From the NCBI GenBank assembly GCA_963762145.1, contig CAVXJS010000009.1, forward strand, positions 822,410-886,409: DNA of 64,000 bases. Reading direction: 5' to 3'. A program made the position numbers and the translations under genes. The notes beneath the pieces are model-generated. The model saw nothing but the letters and a program-made list of their open reading frames with translations, made no database searches and was not told the origin of the DNA. Shown here piece after piece: positions 1-11,418 of this stretch (within the stretch, counting starts at the first letter, position 1; each line of letters opens with the position of its first letter). This stretch comes from an uncultured Candidatus Rokubacteria bacterium. GTDB lineage: Bacteria; Methylomirabilota; Methylomirabilia; Rokubacteriales; CSP1-6.

Positions 1-161
1 ACGAGTGACGGCCGGCCGACAGCCTTACTGACGGATTCGAAGCGTATTGGGGACAGCTCGAACAGGGGCCGTACGCTAAGCGACCGTGAAGTCACACTGT
101 AGTCCCCGCGCAACGACTTGGCAGACGGCATGCAACACCAGGACCACTACGCCAGGACTTA

Positions 162-632
162 ATGCGCAGGAGGTCCCTCGATATGATGCTAGTGCTCGCA
201 CTCACCGCGATCTTCGCTCTCGCGGTCGTCAGCCCGGTGGCGGCCGATAACGTCAGCATTGGCGTCAAGATTGGCGTGCCGGCGCCGCCGCGGGTTGTCG
301 TCGTGCCTCCACCCCCGCCGGTCGTCCTCGTGGCGCCCCCCAAGCTCGTTGTTGTCCCGGGCTCACCCGTGTTCTATGCGCCGGGCGTCAGCGCCAATTT
401 CTTCGCCTACGGCGGCCGGTACTACAGCTTCCACGAGGGGGCGTGGTTTGTCGCGACGGCACATGGCGCCCCGTGGGCGACGATTGCACCGGGTCGAGTG
501 CCGCAGCCAGTCCTCGCGGTTCCAGTCGCGTACTACAAGATTCCTCCGGGGCACGCGAAGAAGATGGGGGGCCGGAGTGAAGCGCCAGGACGCGGCTGCC
601 CGCCTGGGCTCGCCAAACAGGGGCGCTGCTAG
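162..632 (+). CDS. Secreted proline-rich hypothetical protein with PPGxAK motifs
   Basis: Signal-peptide-like N-terminus, VVVVPPPPP segment, C-terminal PPGHAKK and GCPPGLAKQGRC. Confidence 0.75.
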   Translation: MRRRSLDMMLVLALTAIFALAVVSPVAADNVSIGVKIGVPAPPRVVVVPPPPPVVLVAPPKLVVVPGSPVFYAPGVSANFFAYGGRYYSFHEGAWFVATAHGAPWATIAPGRVPQPVLAVPVAYYKIPPGHAKKMGGRSEAPGRGCPPGLAKQGRC

Positions 633-634
633 TC

Positions 635-983
635 ATGCGTTTCGTCATCGCGGTAGCACTCACCGCAGGCATCGTACTCGTCGCCGGGCAGGTGGAGCGC
701 TCAGTACCGATACACGGACGACAAAGGGGTCAGTAAGATGACCCAGTACAAGCTGCTAGGTCCCCGCTCCCTATCGCGACAGCGGCCGTCTGGATCGGAC
801 CAACCGGTGTTGGCCATCCAGACTTGAGTGAGGAACAGCGGCAGGTGGAAGCGGCGTGAAAACGCATACCGCCGCATCGGGGACGGCGATCGAACCCAGA
901 AGAGATCGGCTGGCGGAACAATCGGTCAGGCTTCAGCGGAAAGCCGTAGAGCTAGAACGCCAGCGCCAGTTGCGAGCTGATTA
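635..983 (+). pseudogene. Small exported protein, DUF4124-like, frameshifted
   Basis: ATG 635 gives MRFVIAVALTAGIVLVAG; another frame continues QYRYTDDKGV, resembling the Y-x-W/Y-x-D-x-x-G motif. Confidence 0.35.
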
Positions 984-1539
984 GCGTTCCTGCCCGGCGC
1001 GGGCCCGACGAGCCCAGCCTCGGGATTCGCGATCATCCCGTTTGAGCGCGCCCACGGCGCGCGGGTCGACCGGCGTCATGCGGTGGTCCCGATGGCGGCG
1101 ATCCCCGAGCAAGAACGAGGACGCGGAGAAGGGAGTCACGGGTACAAGGCAGGTTCGCGCTCCTGCCCACGGTGGATCACGTGACGGCTGCGGCAACGGA
1201 GCGAGGAGTGGCCAACCGGACATTGCGCCGAGACCGCTGGCTGACGTTCGCTTGCCGCTGCCGCTTGCCTTGGAGCTTAGAGCGCCGAGGTTTCAGGCCT
1301 ACCCACCGGCCAAAAGGAGGACTTCCAATCCTGGAGCCGGTTCCCGAGAGCGCGCCTAGGCCCCGAGAGGTTGGGGCACAACCCATAACGCCGGAACCGT
1401 GGCGTTATGTACAGGAACCGCGCGATGTACGATCGTTGCGGAGGGCTTGCACCCGCTGTACGCCTTCGACGCTGGTGCCAGTCTGTCGAGCACACCTATC
1501 GTGTGCCAACGAGGACGGGCTGGAAGAGGCAGCCGTCGA

Positions 1540-1885
1540 TCCGGCGGCACCCGCGTGAAACCCGCCTCCTCCATCAGGACCGCCATGCGCTCGATGCTGA
1601 TCGCAAAGTATGTCGTTCGGGCGTCCGAAGGACGACTCCCTTGTCATTCGTCACCAACTCAAAGGCCACATCGTAGAACTGACCTCGCCATCGGCGGGTT
1701 TGCCGCAGGCGGTACAGGCGCGCAGACCAGATGCGGTCCCCATAGCCCGGGTCTCGACCGTCCCGGGCGACGGAGGCGCGCCGTAATCCCGCATCGAAAT
1801 TACGCAGCCGCCCCGAGGCCGAATGCACCGGAAGCATTCCCGGAAGGCACTTTGGATGTCATTCTCGGTAAGCAGGTGCGGGCCT
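1540..1885 (-). pseudogene. C-terminal fragment of a class I SAM-dependent methyltransferase
   Basis: PHLLTENDIQSAFRECFRCIRP(GG)GCVISMRDY resembles the post-motif-II region; N-terminus is absent. Confidence 0.45.
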
Positions 1886-1889
1886 CCCG

Positions 1890-2100
1890 GAGGCCGGGGC
1901 GCAGTGCAAGCTCGTACCAGGTGACGTCGCCGACCTCTTCCTGGAGGAGACGGATGAACGCGTGGCTGCCGGTTCCCGCCCACGAGTGGGCGAACGTCGC
2001 CTGGTCGACGCCGTAGTGCGGATAGAAGTCCTCAAAGACATCGCAGAAGTCGAAGAAGGCAACTTTCAGTCGCGCTCGGCTCGCGGGCTCGACGGCGGGG
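1890..2100 (-). pseudogene. N-terminal fragment of a probable glycosyltransferase
   Basis: AFFDFCDVFEDFYPHYGVDQATFAHSWAGTGSHAFIRLLQEEVGDVTWYE directly follows the upstream GT gene and is cut off near 1890. Confidence 0.35.
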
Positions 2101-2111
2101 GAATGGGCGCG

Positions 2112-3350
2112 CTAGTCACGGGGCCTCATCGCCTCCTCCACGAGGCGGGCCAGAACCCGGTCCGAGTCGAAGTATTCGGCGGCGAACGCCCGCGCGGCCC
2201 GCGCGTGCCGGCGGTATCTGGCAAGGACATCGCGGATCGCGTCCACCGCCTCGTCCGGCGACGAGAAGGCGACGACCCCCTCGCCAGTCGGGAGCACCGC
2301 GCTGAAGCCGGTGTCCTGGACGACGACCGGGCGCCCCGCCGCCAGGTAGCAGGCCGAGCGGCAGCTGAACCACCCCGGCCGGCCGACGACGTAACCATGC
2401 TTGGCGACACTCCACTCGGCCTTGGAAGTCGTGATGTAGCGGCGATAGCGCTCCAGACTTCCGGCGACCCGCCGGGCCGAGGTGACCCGCCACCCCGCCC
2501 GGCGCAAGACCGCCTCGGGCGGGATCGGGCCGGGCCGCACCGCGCCGGGGGTGGTCTCCCAACCCGCGTGGCCCGTGCCCCCTAGCGCGAGCTCGAGTCG
2601 AGCTGGCCGTACCGCGGCGGCGATGCCCAGATAGCGCCGCAACTCGAGATCCTTCTGCCCGTACCAGCGGCCCTGGTGACGCAGCGGCTTGTAGCTCGTC
2701 CAGCTCAGGACCGTCGTGAACATCTCGCGCGTGGGTTCTTCCGGCCGCCATTCAGAGAGGAGGACCGGCTGGCGGGTGGGGCGCCAAGGAATGCCGTTCG
2801 CGTACTCGGTCTTGCCGATGCGCTCGCCGAAGCTGAAGGCCACGTCGTGGGCGGAGAATCGCTTCTGGAATTTGCGTTCACCTTGCCGCAGCCGGAGCTT
2901 GACCTGCGTGAAGACCGGATCGGAGTCGACGTAGGCGAGCCGCGAGATGGCGCGGTAGTCCGAGGGACGGCGGAGTGTGCCCGAGACGTTGATGAGCAGG
3001 TCGGCGCCCGAGAGCACCTCGCGCCGCCGCGGCCCGGAGAGGCCATACCAGCGCCCGGTGATGGGGAAGCGGTACATCCAGCGATCCGCAAGGTGGAAGC
3101 GGTCCATCACCGTCGCCAGGTGACGCACGTTTGCACTCGGATCGTAGGCGATCCGGCTCTCCTTCGTCTCGCCGCCGTCGAGTCGGTAGGGCCACTGGCC
3201 GGAGTCCTCGAGATAGTAGACGTCGTGGCCGAGCCGGGCGAGGCCGGCGGGATACTGGGCATAGTCCCACGCGACCCCTCCGAGCGAGGGATGCTGCGCG
3301 ATCAATCCGGTCACGACGATACGAAGGGACGAGTTCGAAGCGGTCGTCAC
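2112..3350 (-). CDS. GT-B / CgeB-like glycosyltransferase-family protein, paralogue 1
   Basis: GGVAWDYAQYPAGLARLGHDVYYLEDSG and SKAEWSVAKHGYVVGRPGWFSCRSACYLAAGRPVVVQDTGF; GTG start at 3350. Confidence 0.75.
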   Translation of the reverse strand: MTTASNSSLRIVVTGLIAQHPSLGGVAWDYAQYPAGLARLGHDVYYLEDSGQWPYRLDGGETKESRIAYDPSANVRHLATVMDRFHLADRWMYRFPITGRWYGLSGPRRREVLSGADLLINVSGTLRRPSDYRAISRLAYVDSDPVFTQVKLRLRQGERKFQKRFSAHDVAFSFGERIGKTEYANGIPWRPTRQPVLLSEWRPEEPTREMFTTVLSWTSYKPLRHQGRWYGQKDLELRRYLGIAAAVRPARLELALGGTGHAGWETTPGAVRPGPIPPEAVLRRAGWRVTSARRVAGSLERYRRYITTSKAEWSVAKHGYVVGRPGWFSCRSACYLAAGRPVVVQDTGFSAVLPTGEGVVAFSSPDEAVDAIRDVLARYRRHARAARAFAAEYFDSDRVLARLVEEAMRPRD

Positions 3351-3375
3351 GAAAGGACTTCGGGGCTCGCTCGAG

Positions 3376-4401
3376 TCACGGCCCGGGCGCGCCGGCGCGG
3401 AGCGCCGGGATCGCTTTTGCCAATCCGTCGTGGTAAACGCGGAACTGGGACATCGACCGCGGGAGGACCCTGGTCGCGCCATGCCCGGCGAGGCCCTCGC
3501 AGGCCCACTTCACCGAGTCGATCAGCCGGAAGATCGTGCCGAGGTTCATCAGAACGGCCAGGTCGGCGCCGCCGCGCGGCCAGGACTGGCCGACCACGGA
3601 GCGATACACGCTCATCTCCGGGCTCGCCGAGAGCGCGACCGATTCGTCCGCGGGGCCGACGATGCTCGCGGTAACGAGGTCGACGGTCGGCAGCCCCCAC
3701 CCGGCCGTTTCCCAGTCCAGAGGCAGCAGGACTGGACCGGTGGGGGCGGCACGGATGGGCACGTTCTTCCTGACGAAGTCGCCATGCACGAGCGTGCGGG
3801 CCTCCGACGCGCACGCCCGCTCGATCTTGGTCCAGTGCGCTCCCAGCAGATCGCACTGCGCCACGAGCGATTCCAGGGTGTACCGGTCGTGCGCCTCGAG
3901 GGGAAGCTCGGCCAGGACGCGGGCGATCACGGCTCGCGCCGATTGCAACCGGGCTCGGTAGTGGTTCGGGCCACGGTCGGGCAGCCCGTCCGCCACCGTT
4001 ACTGTGGCCGTGGAGGCGTGCAGACTCCGAGCCACCGCGCCGCGACCAGCCGCTGCTTGTCGCTCGCCGGGAGTATCGCTCGCGGCCGGCATCCTCGACG
4101 AAAATCCAGTGACGCTGGTCTTCCGACGGCAGGAACCCATAATAGTGCAGACGGGCCAGAGGTAGCTGCGGAAGGACCCCCTCGTAGACAATCCGCTCCA
4201 CCACGGCGTTCTCGACCGGTACTGCTTGGCGATTACCGCCGAGCCCCCGATGCCGACCCCGGCGATCCGGTAGACGCCAGACTTGTTCGTCTCCTGCAAG
4301 GTCTCGAGTCCCGTGAGCCGGCGCCGCTGTGGGTGGAGAACGCGCCAGGCCTGGATGGCGGGGTGGTCCTCGAGCCTCCCGCTCCGGGGCATCTCCGCCA
4401 T
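3376..4401 (-). CDS. Aminoglycoside-phosphotransferase/choline-kinase family protein (frameshifts)
   Basis: LVHGDFVRKN (Brenner-type HxD) and LDWETAGWG motifs; VIAKQ N-lobe. Confidence 0.75.
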   Translation of the reverse strand: MAEMPRSGRLEDHPAIQAWRVLHPQRRRLTGLETLQETNKSGVYRIAGVGIGGSAVIAKQYRSRTPWWSGLSTRGSFRSYLWPVCTIMGSCRRKTSVTGFSSRMPAASDTPGERQAAAGRGAVARSLHASTATVTVADGLPDRGPNHYRARLQSARAVIARVLAELPLEAHDRYTLESLVAQCDLLGAHWTKIERACASEARTLVHGDFVRKNVPIRAAPTGPVLLPLDWETAGWGLPTVDLVTASIVGPADESVALSASPEMSVYRSVVGQSWPRGGADLAVLMNLGTIFRLIDSVKWACEGLAGHGATRVLPRSMSQFRVYHDGLAKAIPALRAGAPGP

Positions 4402-4407
4402 CGGGGG

Positions 4408-6176
4408 CTAGACATCGACGCGGCCCGCCGGGTGGGTGGCGCCGGAGCCCATGGGCGTCCAGGCGTTCACTAGTCGGCCGCCTTCGATCCGGAGCGGCAC
4501 GTCGCAGCCGCCGCGGGCTCGGGCGGTGGGCGATCAGGAAGGTGGTGCGGCCGCGCATCGAGCTCCATCGCCTCCATGATCGCGGCCTCGGTCTCGCAGG
4601 TCGACCGAACTGGTCGGCTCGTCGAGGATCAGGATCGGGGCGTCCTTCAGGAACGCGCGGGCCAGCGCGATGCGCTGCCGCTCGCCGCCGGAGAGCCGCA
4701 TGCCGCGCTCGCCGACCCGCGTCTCGTAGCCCTCGCGGCAGCCGCGACGATGAAGTCGTGGGCGTTGGCCGCCCTCGCCGCGGCGACGATCTCCTCTCGG
4801 CTGGCGCCGGGCCGGGCGTAGGCGATGTTCTCGGCGATGCTGGTCGAGAACAGCACCGGCTCCTGCAGGACGATGGCGAACTGGTTGCGCAGGTCGGCCA
4901 GCCGGTAGTCGCGCAGGTCGACGCCGTCGAGCAGGATCTGGCCCGCGGTCGGGTCGTAGAAGCGGGTCAGCAGGCTGACCAGGCGTGGTCTTGCCCGCCC
5001 CGGTCGCGCCCGCGATGCCGACGCGCGGTCCCGGCCGGGACCTCGAAGGAGACGCCGTGCAGGACCGGCGCGGTCCGTCGCGTAGGCGAAGGAGACGTCG
5101 CGGAAGGTGACGGCCCCCGCGGCGCGCGCGAGCGGGCGGGCGTCCGGCCGCTCGGCGACGTCCGGGGCCTCGTCGAGCAGCGCGAAGGCCCGCTCGGCGC
5201 TGGCCAGGTGGCGACTGCAGGCTGCCGCCTTCTTGCTCATGGTCTTCAGCGGCGCGTAGAGCTGCGACAGGTAGCCCATGACCAGGAGCAGCTCGCCCAG
5301 GGTGAGGGGCCCGCACTGGACGTGGCGGACGCCGATGAAGAGGACGGCGGCCGTCCCCGCCGCGGTGGTCAGGCCGACCAGGAGGCCGAAGCCGCCCTCG
5401 GCCAGGGCGAAGCGGAGTGCGGGCCCGCATGCCCTCGCTGGAGCGGTGGACGAAGCGCCTCTCTTCGCGCTCCTCCTGTCCGAACGCCTTGACCACGCGG
5501 AGGCCGCCAGCACCTCCTGGACCACCGACAGGGCCGCGCTCTCGAGCTTCTTCACCTCCCGCGAGTGCGTGCGCAGGCGCGCCGATAGGCGTGCGAGACC
5601 AGAGAACAGGACCGGGGCGACCGCCAGCGCGACCAGGGCCAGCTGCCAGTCGAACCGGCGGTGACGTAGATCATCGCCACCAGGGTGCGAGGCGGTGACC
5701 AAAGGGATGACGCCGTCGATGGCGATGTACTGGATGGCGGGGGCGTCGTACTGGATCCGGTAGGTCGAGTCGACGGTCCCTCGACGTCGTGGTACGCGAG
5801 CGAGAGGCGCTGGAGCGTGGCGGAAGAGCTGGCGCGGAAACGCCAGGACCAGCCTCTCGCCGGTGTACGCGCGCAGCACGAGGGCGAGCGCCTGGAGCTG
5901 GCTCAGCAGGGCGACGGCCACCAGGAGGCCGGCCGCGAGAGCAGCACGCGCCGTCCGGAGCGGTGACCGCCGCCGGCAGGCAGCACGTCGAAGAAGCCGC
6001 GGGAGCGGCTGGGAGCCGAGGACGCTGTCGACGGCGATCTTCAGCGGCAGGGGCGTCAGCAGCGCCAGCGGGCGTCGACAGCAGGCTGAGCAGGAAGATG
6101 CCCGCGATGTGGGGCCAGTAGGGCCGCGCCTGTCGTGCCAAGCGATGGGAGAGGGCCGGTCCCGCCGTCACGGGCA
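4408..6176 (-). CDS. ABC exporter, fused permease/ATPase (MsbA-like), multiply frameshifted
   Basis: Walker [59 protein letters not shown] segments. Confidence 0.85.
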
Positions 6177-6181
6177 CGCGG

Positions 6182-7324
6182 TCACCATTGCCCGATCGAG
6201 GAGCGAGCGGAGCACCGGCGTCGAAGTGGGAGGCCGCAATCTCGCGCGCGGACGCGCATGGGCGGGCAACCGCGCCTCGATCTCTTCGAGCGCCGCGGGC
6301 GCCTCTCGGGCGAGGTGAAGGCGAGCAGACCTTCACCGGTCGGCAGCCATTGGTTGAAACCGGTGTCCTGGCGAACAACGGGGCGACCACTTGCGAGATA
6401 AGCCGCGCTGCGTTCGCTGAACCAGCCGCAGCGGCTCGTCACATAGCCGTGCTTGGCCACGCTGAATTCGCCCTTGAGAACGCCGGATGTAGCTGCTGGT
6501 AAGCCCACGGATCGCGGCGTCGTTGAGCGGATCGCGCAGGCGCCAACCGTTTTCGCGAAGCTGGGCGCGGGGGGCCGGTCCGCCGCCCACCGCCAGCTCG
6601 AAACGCCGCCTCGCGAGCGCGCCGGAAGTCCAGGTAGATGCGAAAGAGTCCGACTTCATCCCGAAGCGCCGCCCGCATGTATTCCGCGCGGGGTAGCTAT
6701 CCCACTGCATCACGGTCGTGAACGGGCGTCGGCGGGGCCGGGCGTTACGGCCAGGCGTCGAGGACAATCGGCTGGCGCGTGGCTTGCCACGGCAAGCCAT
6801 CGTCCGGTAATTCACATCCGGCGGAACCGATGTTCAGCCGAAGGTAAAGAAACGATTGTGTCTTTCGGCAAGTGTCTTCCGGACGGGGTCGGTGAGGTGG
6901 CGGATCTGGGTGAACAGCGGATCGGTATCTATCGACGCGCACCGGGACATCGTCGAACCATGGTCTAGCGGCGTGTGAGCCGGAGAGGTTCATCAAAAGA
7001 TCCGCCCCGGAGATGATCTCCCTGATCTGTGTTGCGGCCGGGCCATGCCAACGATGGCTATGAGCATCGTAGTACGCCCAGCACTCGCCCAGACCGACGC
7101 GTTCGAAGCAGTCGGCCGCAAATTTCAGGCCGTAGGTGGGGTTCTGGTCGGTGACACCGCGGGTGGGGTCATAGCAACAGTATTCCGTGTCGCCGCTGTC
7201 TTCGAGAAACCATACGTCGTGACCGAGTTCGCGCAGGCCCATTAGATATTGGAGATGGTGCCAGGCCATGCCACCCATCGGGCCGCGAACCAGATAGCCC
7301 AGCACCAGAATGCGCAGGGAGCAT
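6182..7324 (-). CDS. GT-B / CgeB-like protein, paralogue 2 (frameshifted)
   Basis: GPMGGMAWHHLQYLMGLRELGHDVWFLEDSG; GEFSVAKHGYVTSRCGWFSERSAAYLASGRPVVRQDTGF. Confidence 0.75.
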
Positions 7325-7330
7325 GATCTC

Positions 7331-8473
7331 TTAAATCCCGATCTCATTGAGAAATTTTGTAGGATAACCTCGGCATCGAGGTACTCGCAGGCGATTTCCC
7401 GGGCTTTCCTTGAGTGGCGGTCGTAGTCGCCCTCGATCTCGTCCAGGGCGGCGGCAGCTTCCTCGACGTACGGACGGCGAAGAGCCCCTCGCCCACCGGC
7501 AGATGCCGGCTGAAACCGGTCTCCTGCAACACGACCGGCCGCCCGCCGCCAAGTAGGCGGCGCTGCGGTCGCTGAACCATCCGCTATCCGTCGCCACGAA
7601 CACGTTCTTGCACACGCTGAACTCGCCCCGGGAGGCTACGGATATAGTCAAGGTAGGCGTCGTAGGAGACGGTGACATCGTGAGCATCGCGCGCGTGCCG
7701 GAGCCAGCCAGCCTCGGCCGCAGCCATCGGGACCTTCAGCCCCGGCGACGGCGAGCTCAGCGGACGCGCACGTGCGGCGGCAGGTCCATGAACCGCGCGA
7801 ACTCGACGTCCTTCTGCCCGTAAGTCCCGACCGTCGAAGCGATCGATCGGGTGGGCGCTGCCAGTTCATGACGGTGGTGAACGGGGCATCGGCGGCGGCG
7901 GAGGCGGTCGAACAGATCCGGGACGACCGGGTTGAACACCTGGCGCCAGGATCCTCCCGGCGCTCGGCGCGGTGCTCGCGGCGTGCCGACGTTCTGGCCC
8001 GATCGTGTAGTGAAGTCGTACTCGCGGCACCTCGCCCGAGGCGAGATGCTGCTCCACTTCATCTGGGTGAACCCCGGCTCGCCTCCACTAGCACCGCGAG
8101 CCTGGCCGTCGCGGCCTCCCGCAGCCAGGACCCGTGCGTCCCAGGTCGACGAACAGATCGGCGGAGCGGAACACCGCCTTGATCTCGCCGCGAGCCAGCC
8201 CGTGGTACTGCCCCGCCGCGTCCACGTAGCACCACCGGCTCGCTCGAGCCCGAAGCGCTCGAGCAGATCGTGGACGCACGGCACGCCGAACGTGCAGTCG
8301 TCGCCCATGACGTTGCCGACCGGATCGAAGCACGAGTTCGGGTAGCCGCTCTTCTCGACCAAGTAGACGTCGTGCCCGAGCCGGTGGAACCCGACGAGCC
8401 ACTGCAGCACCCAGGACAGATTACCGCCAAGCGGGTAGCGGACCATGTACGAGCCGAGAACGATCCGCGCCAC
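7331..8473 (-). CDS. GT-B / CgeB-like protein, paralogue 3 (frameshifted)
   Basis: YPLGGNLSWVLQWLVGFHRLGHDVYLVEKSG; GEFSVCKNVFVATDSGWFSDRSAAYLA..GRPVVLQETGF. Confidence 0.75.
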
Positions 8474-8477
8474 CCGA

Positions 8478-9366
8478 CTAGACTGCCTTCCCGCTCGTGT
8501 CGAGCGACGCCAGGACCTCGTGTTCGAGAGTACGGAGCGTCTCCACCGATCGACGTCGACATTCGGCGCGCGAGCCCTTGCGCCTCGCGGGTCAGGCAGT
8601 AGTCGAGGGCCCGTGCGAGCGCGTCATCGGTGAGCGACTCGGCCGCGAGAAGAACGGGCCATCCAATCGCCCCCGCCTGGCGCCGAAGCTTTGCCCCTCC
8701 GGCGATCGGATCGACAGCGACGGGCGGTACTCCGTGCTTGATCGCGAGGACAAGGCCGTGGAGGCGCGTGGTGACGACGGCGTCCATCCGGGCGACGAGC
8801 GACTCCACCTGGGCAGTGGTCCTCAGCCCGGTCGCGTTGACATCCAACCGGGTGTCAATGCGCACCACCACCACGTCTTGCCCGGCGATCACGCGGTGGA
8901 TGGCGGCGTCCACCGCGCCGTGAAGTCCGCCGTGGTACTCTTTCTGCGGGTGTACGAGGATCACTCCTACGAGCGGAACCATCGCCGACTTCGCCAGAAA
9001 GGTAAGATCCGGCCGCGCCCCTTCCGAGCTGTCCCGCGCGAAGAGCGCGTGAAAAGGGTTCCAGGTATCGAGCGGCGCGAGCATCGAGAGGTTGAGCCCG
9101 ACGAGGCGGCTTCGCGCGAAGCGGGCGAGAAAGTCGGTGAGAGGCCAACCGTTGCCGAAGGGGCCACACACGAAGATCACGTGCGTGTACCGCTCCGGGT
9201 CGGCGGCGCGCCAGTCGACACCTCCCGGGAACGGGGGAGCGTGGGCGACGTCGTAGGGGTGACCCGCCCGCTCGAGCCAGGAGCAGGCGACGTCCCGGGC
9301 GAGCAGGTCACCGGCGGTGGCGCCCATGTTTTCGAAGCTGAACCAGCCCGCGACGAGTGTTCTCAC
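8478..9366 (-). CDS. Polysaccharide pyruvyl-transferase-like protein
   Basis: AGWFSFENMGATAGDLLA N-terminus; DAVVTTRLHGLVLAIKHGVP motif; 3' end blurred by a frameshift. Confidence 0.7.
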
Positions 9367-9390
9367 CGAGGAGCTCGCGCGAGACGGTCC

Positions 9391-10496
9391 TCATCCGGCC
9401 AACTCCACGACTCGCGTTGTGACGCGGCGCGCATCGAAGTGCTCCTCGGCTAGCACGCGGGCAAGGGTCGACTGGTGCGCGTAGTCGTCGATGGCGCGCT
9501 GCAAGAGGACCCCGGCCTCATCACAACCGCGGAAGCGGAGGAGGCCGGCGTCGTCAGGGAGAGTACCGAGCTCGGGCCCGTGTATTCGACCACCGCCGGC
9601 TTGCCGCTGGCCAGGTAGCACAGCGTGCGATCGCTGATCCAGGCGTTTCCGAGGCGCGTGTACGCCGGTTTGGCGCAGCTGAACTCGCCCAGGGAATTCT
9701 GCACGTAGCGCTGGTAGTCCCACGGGGTGCCGGCCACGACCTGCGCGTCGCGGACCCGCCAGCCGCGGGCCTGCAGGAGCCGCGCCTGCGGGTCGTCGAC
9801 GGGGAGGTCGAGAGCCAGCTCGAGCGGACGCGCCGCGCTGCGCGGGAGGTCGAGGAGAGGGAGGAAGCCGCTCCGCTTGTCGTCCGAGGTCTCGTCGGTG
9901 TCGATCCACCCACCCGCGTACCAGTGCGCCACGGTCGTGAAGGATGCTCCCGCGGGTGCCGGGCGAGGCGACCACCAATCGAGATTCACGCACGGTGGCA
10001 CGTGGTGCCAGGTTCTGGCTGGATCGCGCACCTGCTCGCCGATCGTGAAATAGACGTCGTGGTCTGCGACGTCGATGAGGCCCTTCGCGATCCAGATCTG
10101 GAGCAGGCCGGGGTCGATATCGATGAGCGCGGAGCGTCGGAAGCGACTCACCACCTCGCGCGCGAGGCTGTAGCGGAAGTTGACCAGGAGCCCAGCCTCC
10201 GCGGCCGCGGCCAGGTCGAGGCAACTCGCCGCGACCGCCGCCGGCACGTGGTTGCCGGGCGCCGCGTAGAGGGCGAGCGTCTCGGCAAGCCCATACGGTC
10301 GCAGGCGATCCTTGAGCGCCTCCGTGAGGCCGTGGATCCTCTCCGCGCCGAGGCCGGCCGGAATCCCCTCGAGCCAGACGATATCGTAACCGGCGGCTCG
10401 AAGGCCGAGCGCCCAGTTCAGGAAGATCCAGAGGTAGCCGCCGCCGTTCGGATAGGGCAGACACGAGCGCGGGGCCAGACAGACGGTGAGGCTCAT
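9391..10496 (-). CDS. GT-B / CgeB-like protein, paralogue 4
   Basis: YPNGGGYLWIFLNWALGLRAAG; SLGEFSCAKPAYTRLGNAWISDRTLCYLASGKPAVVEYTG. Confidence 0.7.
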
Positions 10497-11418
10497 GCGG
10501 CCGCCCGGCGCGCGGCCACGACGCGCCGGAGACGCCTCCGGGAGACCCACGAACTCTCTTTGAAGCCGGCGGCGCCAGACCCGCAGCCAGCTCGGGATGA
10601 ACGCGGCGTAGCAGCGGACCCGCTCTCGGAAGTCGAGAGGGGCACGCTTGATCGCGACGAGGTGGTGGGCGAAGAGCGTCCAATACTCCAGAATGACGCG
10701 CGCGCCGCTCCCCGGCTTCTGCCACTCGGCGACCGCCGCGAGCGTGGGATTGGCTCGGCGGGACACCTCCGGGTGGTAGCGCTTGAGAAAGAGGAATTCC
10801 TGTACCTCGCGGAACTCGCCGAGCAGCGCGGAGCTCGGCGAGAATCACGTAGTCGGGAGACAGGATCGGGAGGTTCCCGCGCGTGCGCCGGAGCGCGCTC
10901 GTCCGGATGAGCCCGAAGAGAGAGGTGCCCATGGTCGGTGGATTCCGGACAAGCCGCCTGAGCCGCTCGTGCGGTGTCGATTCGCACAAATCGAGGCCGT
11001 CCCAGTGATCCCAGAGGACGGCCCCGTGCTCGTCGATGACCCGGCTGCGGGGATAGACGAGCACGACCGCGGGCATCACGGAACGAAAGGTCTCGACGCA
11101 TCGCTCGAGGAAGGTCGGCGCGCAGAGGTCGTCGTGAGAGGCCCACTTGAAGAACTCGCCCCTCGCGAGGTCGAGGACCTGGTTGTGGTTCCGGGCCGCG
11201 CCCTGATTGAACGGGTTGCGCCGATATCGGACCCGCGCGTCGAGGCTGGCCCGATCACGGCAGATCTCCTCGGTCATGTCCGTCGACGCGTTGTCCGAGA
11301 TGATCAGCTCGAAGTCGGCGAAAGTCTGGGCGAGCATCGAGTCGATCGCCTCGACGAGGAACCTCTCGCCGTTGTACACGGGCAGGCCGATGCTTACGAG
11401 CGTCGACGGGCTTGTCAC
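10493..11418 (-). CDS. GT2 family glycosyltransferase (frameshifted)
   Basis: VSIGLPVYNGERFL..DFELIISDNASTD..FFKWASHDD. Confidence 0.85.
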
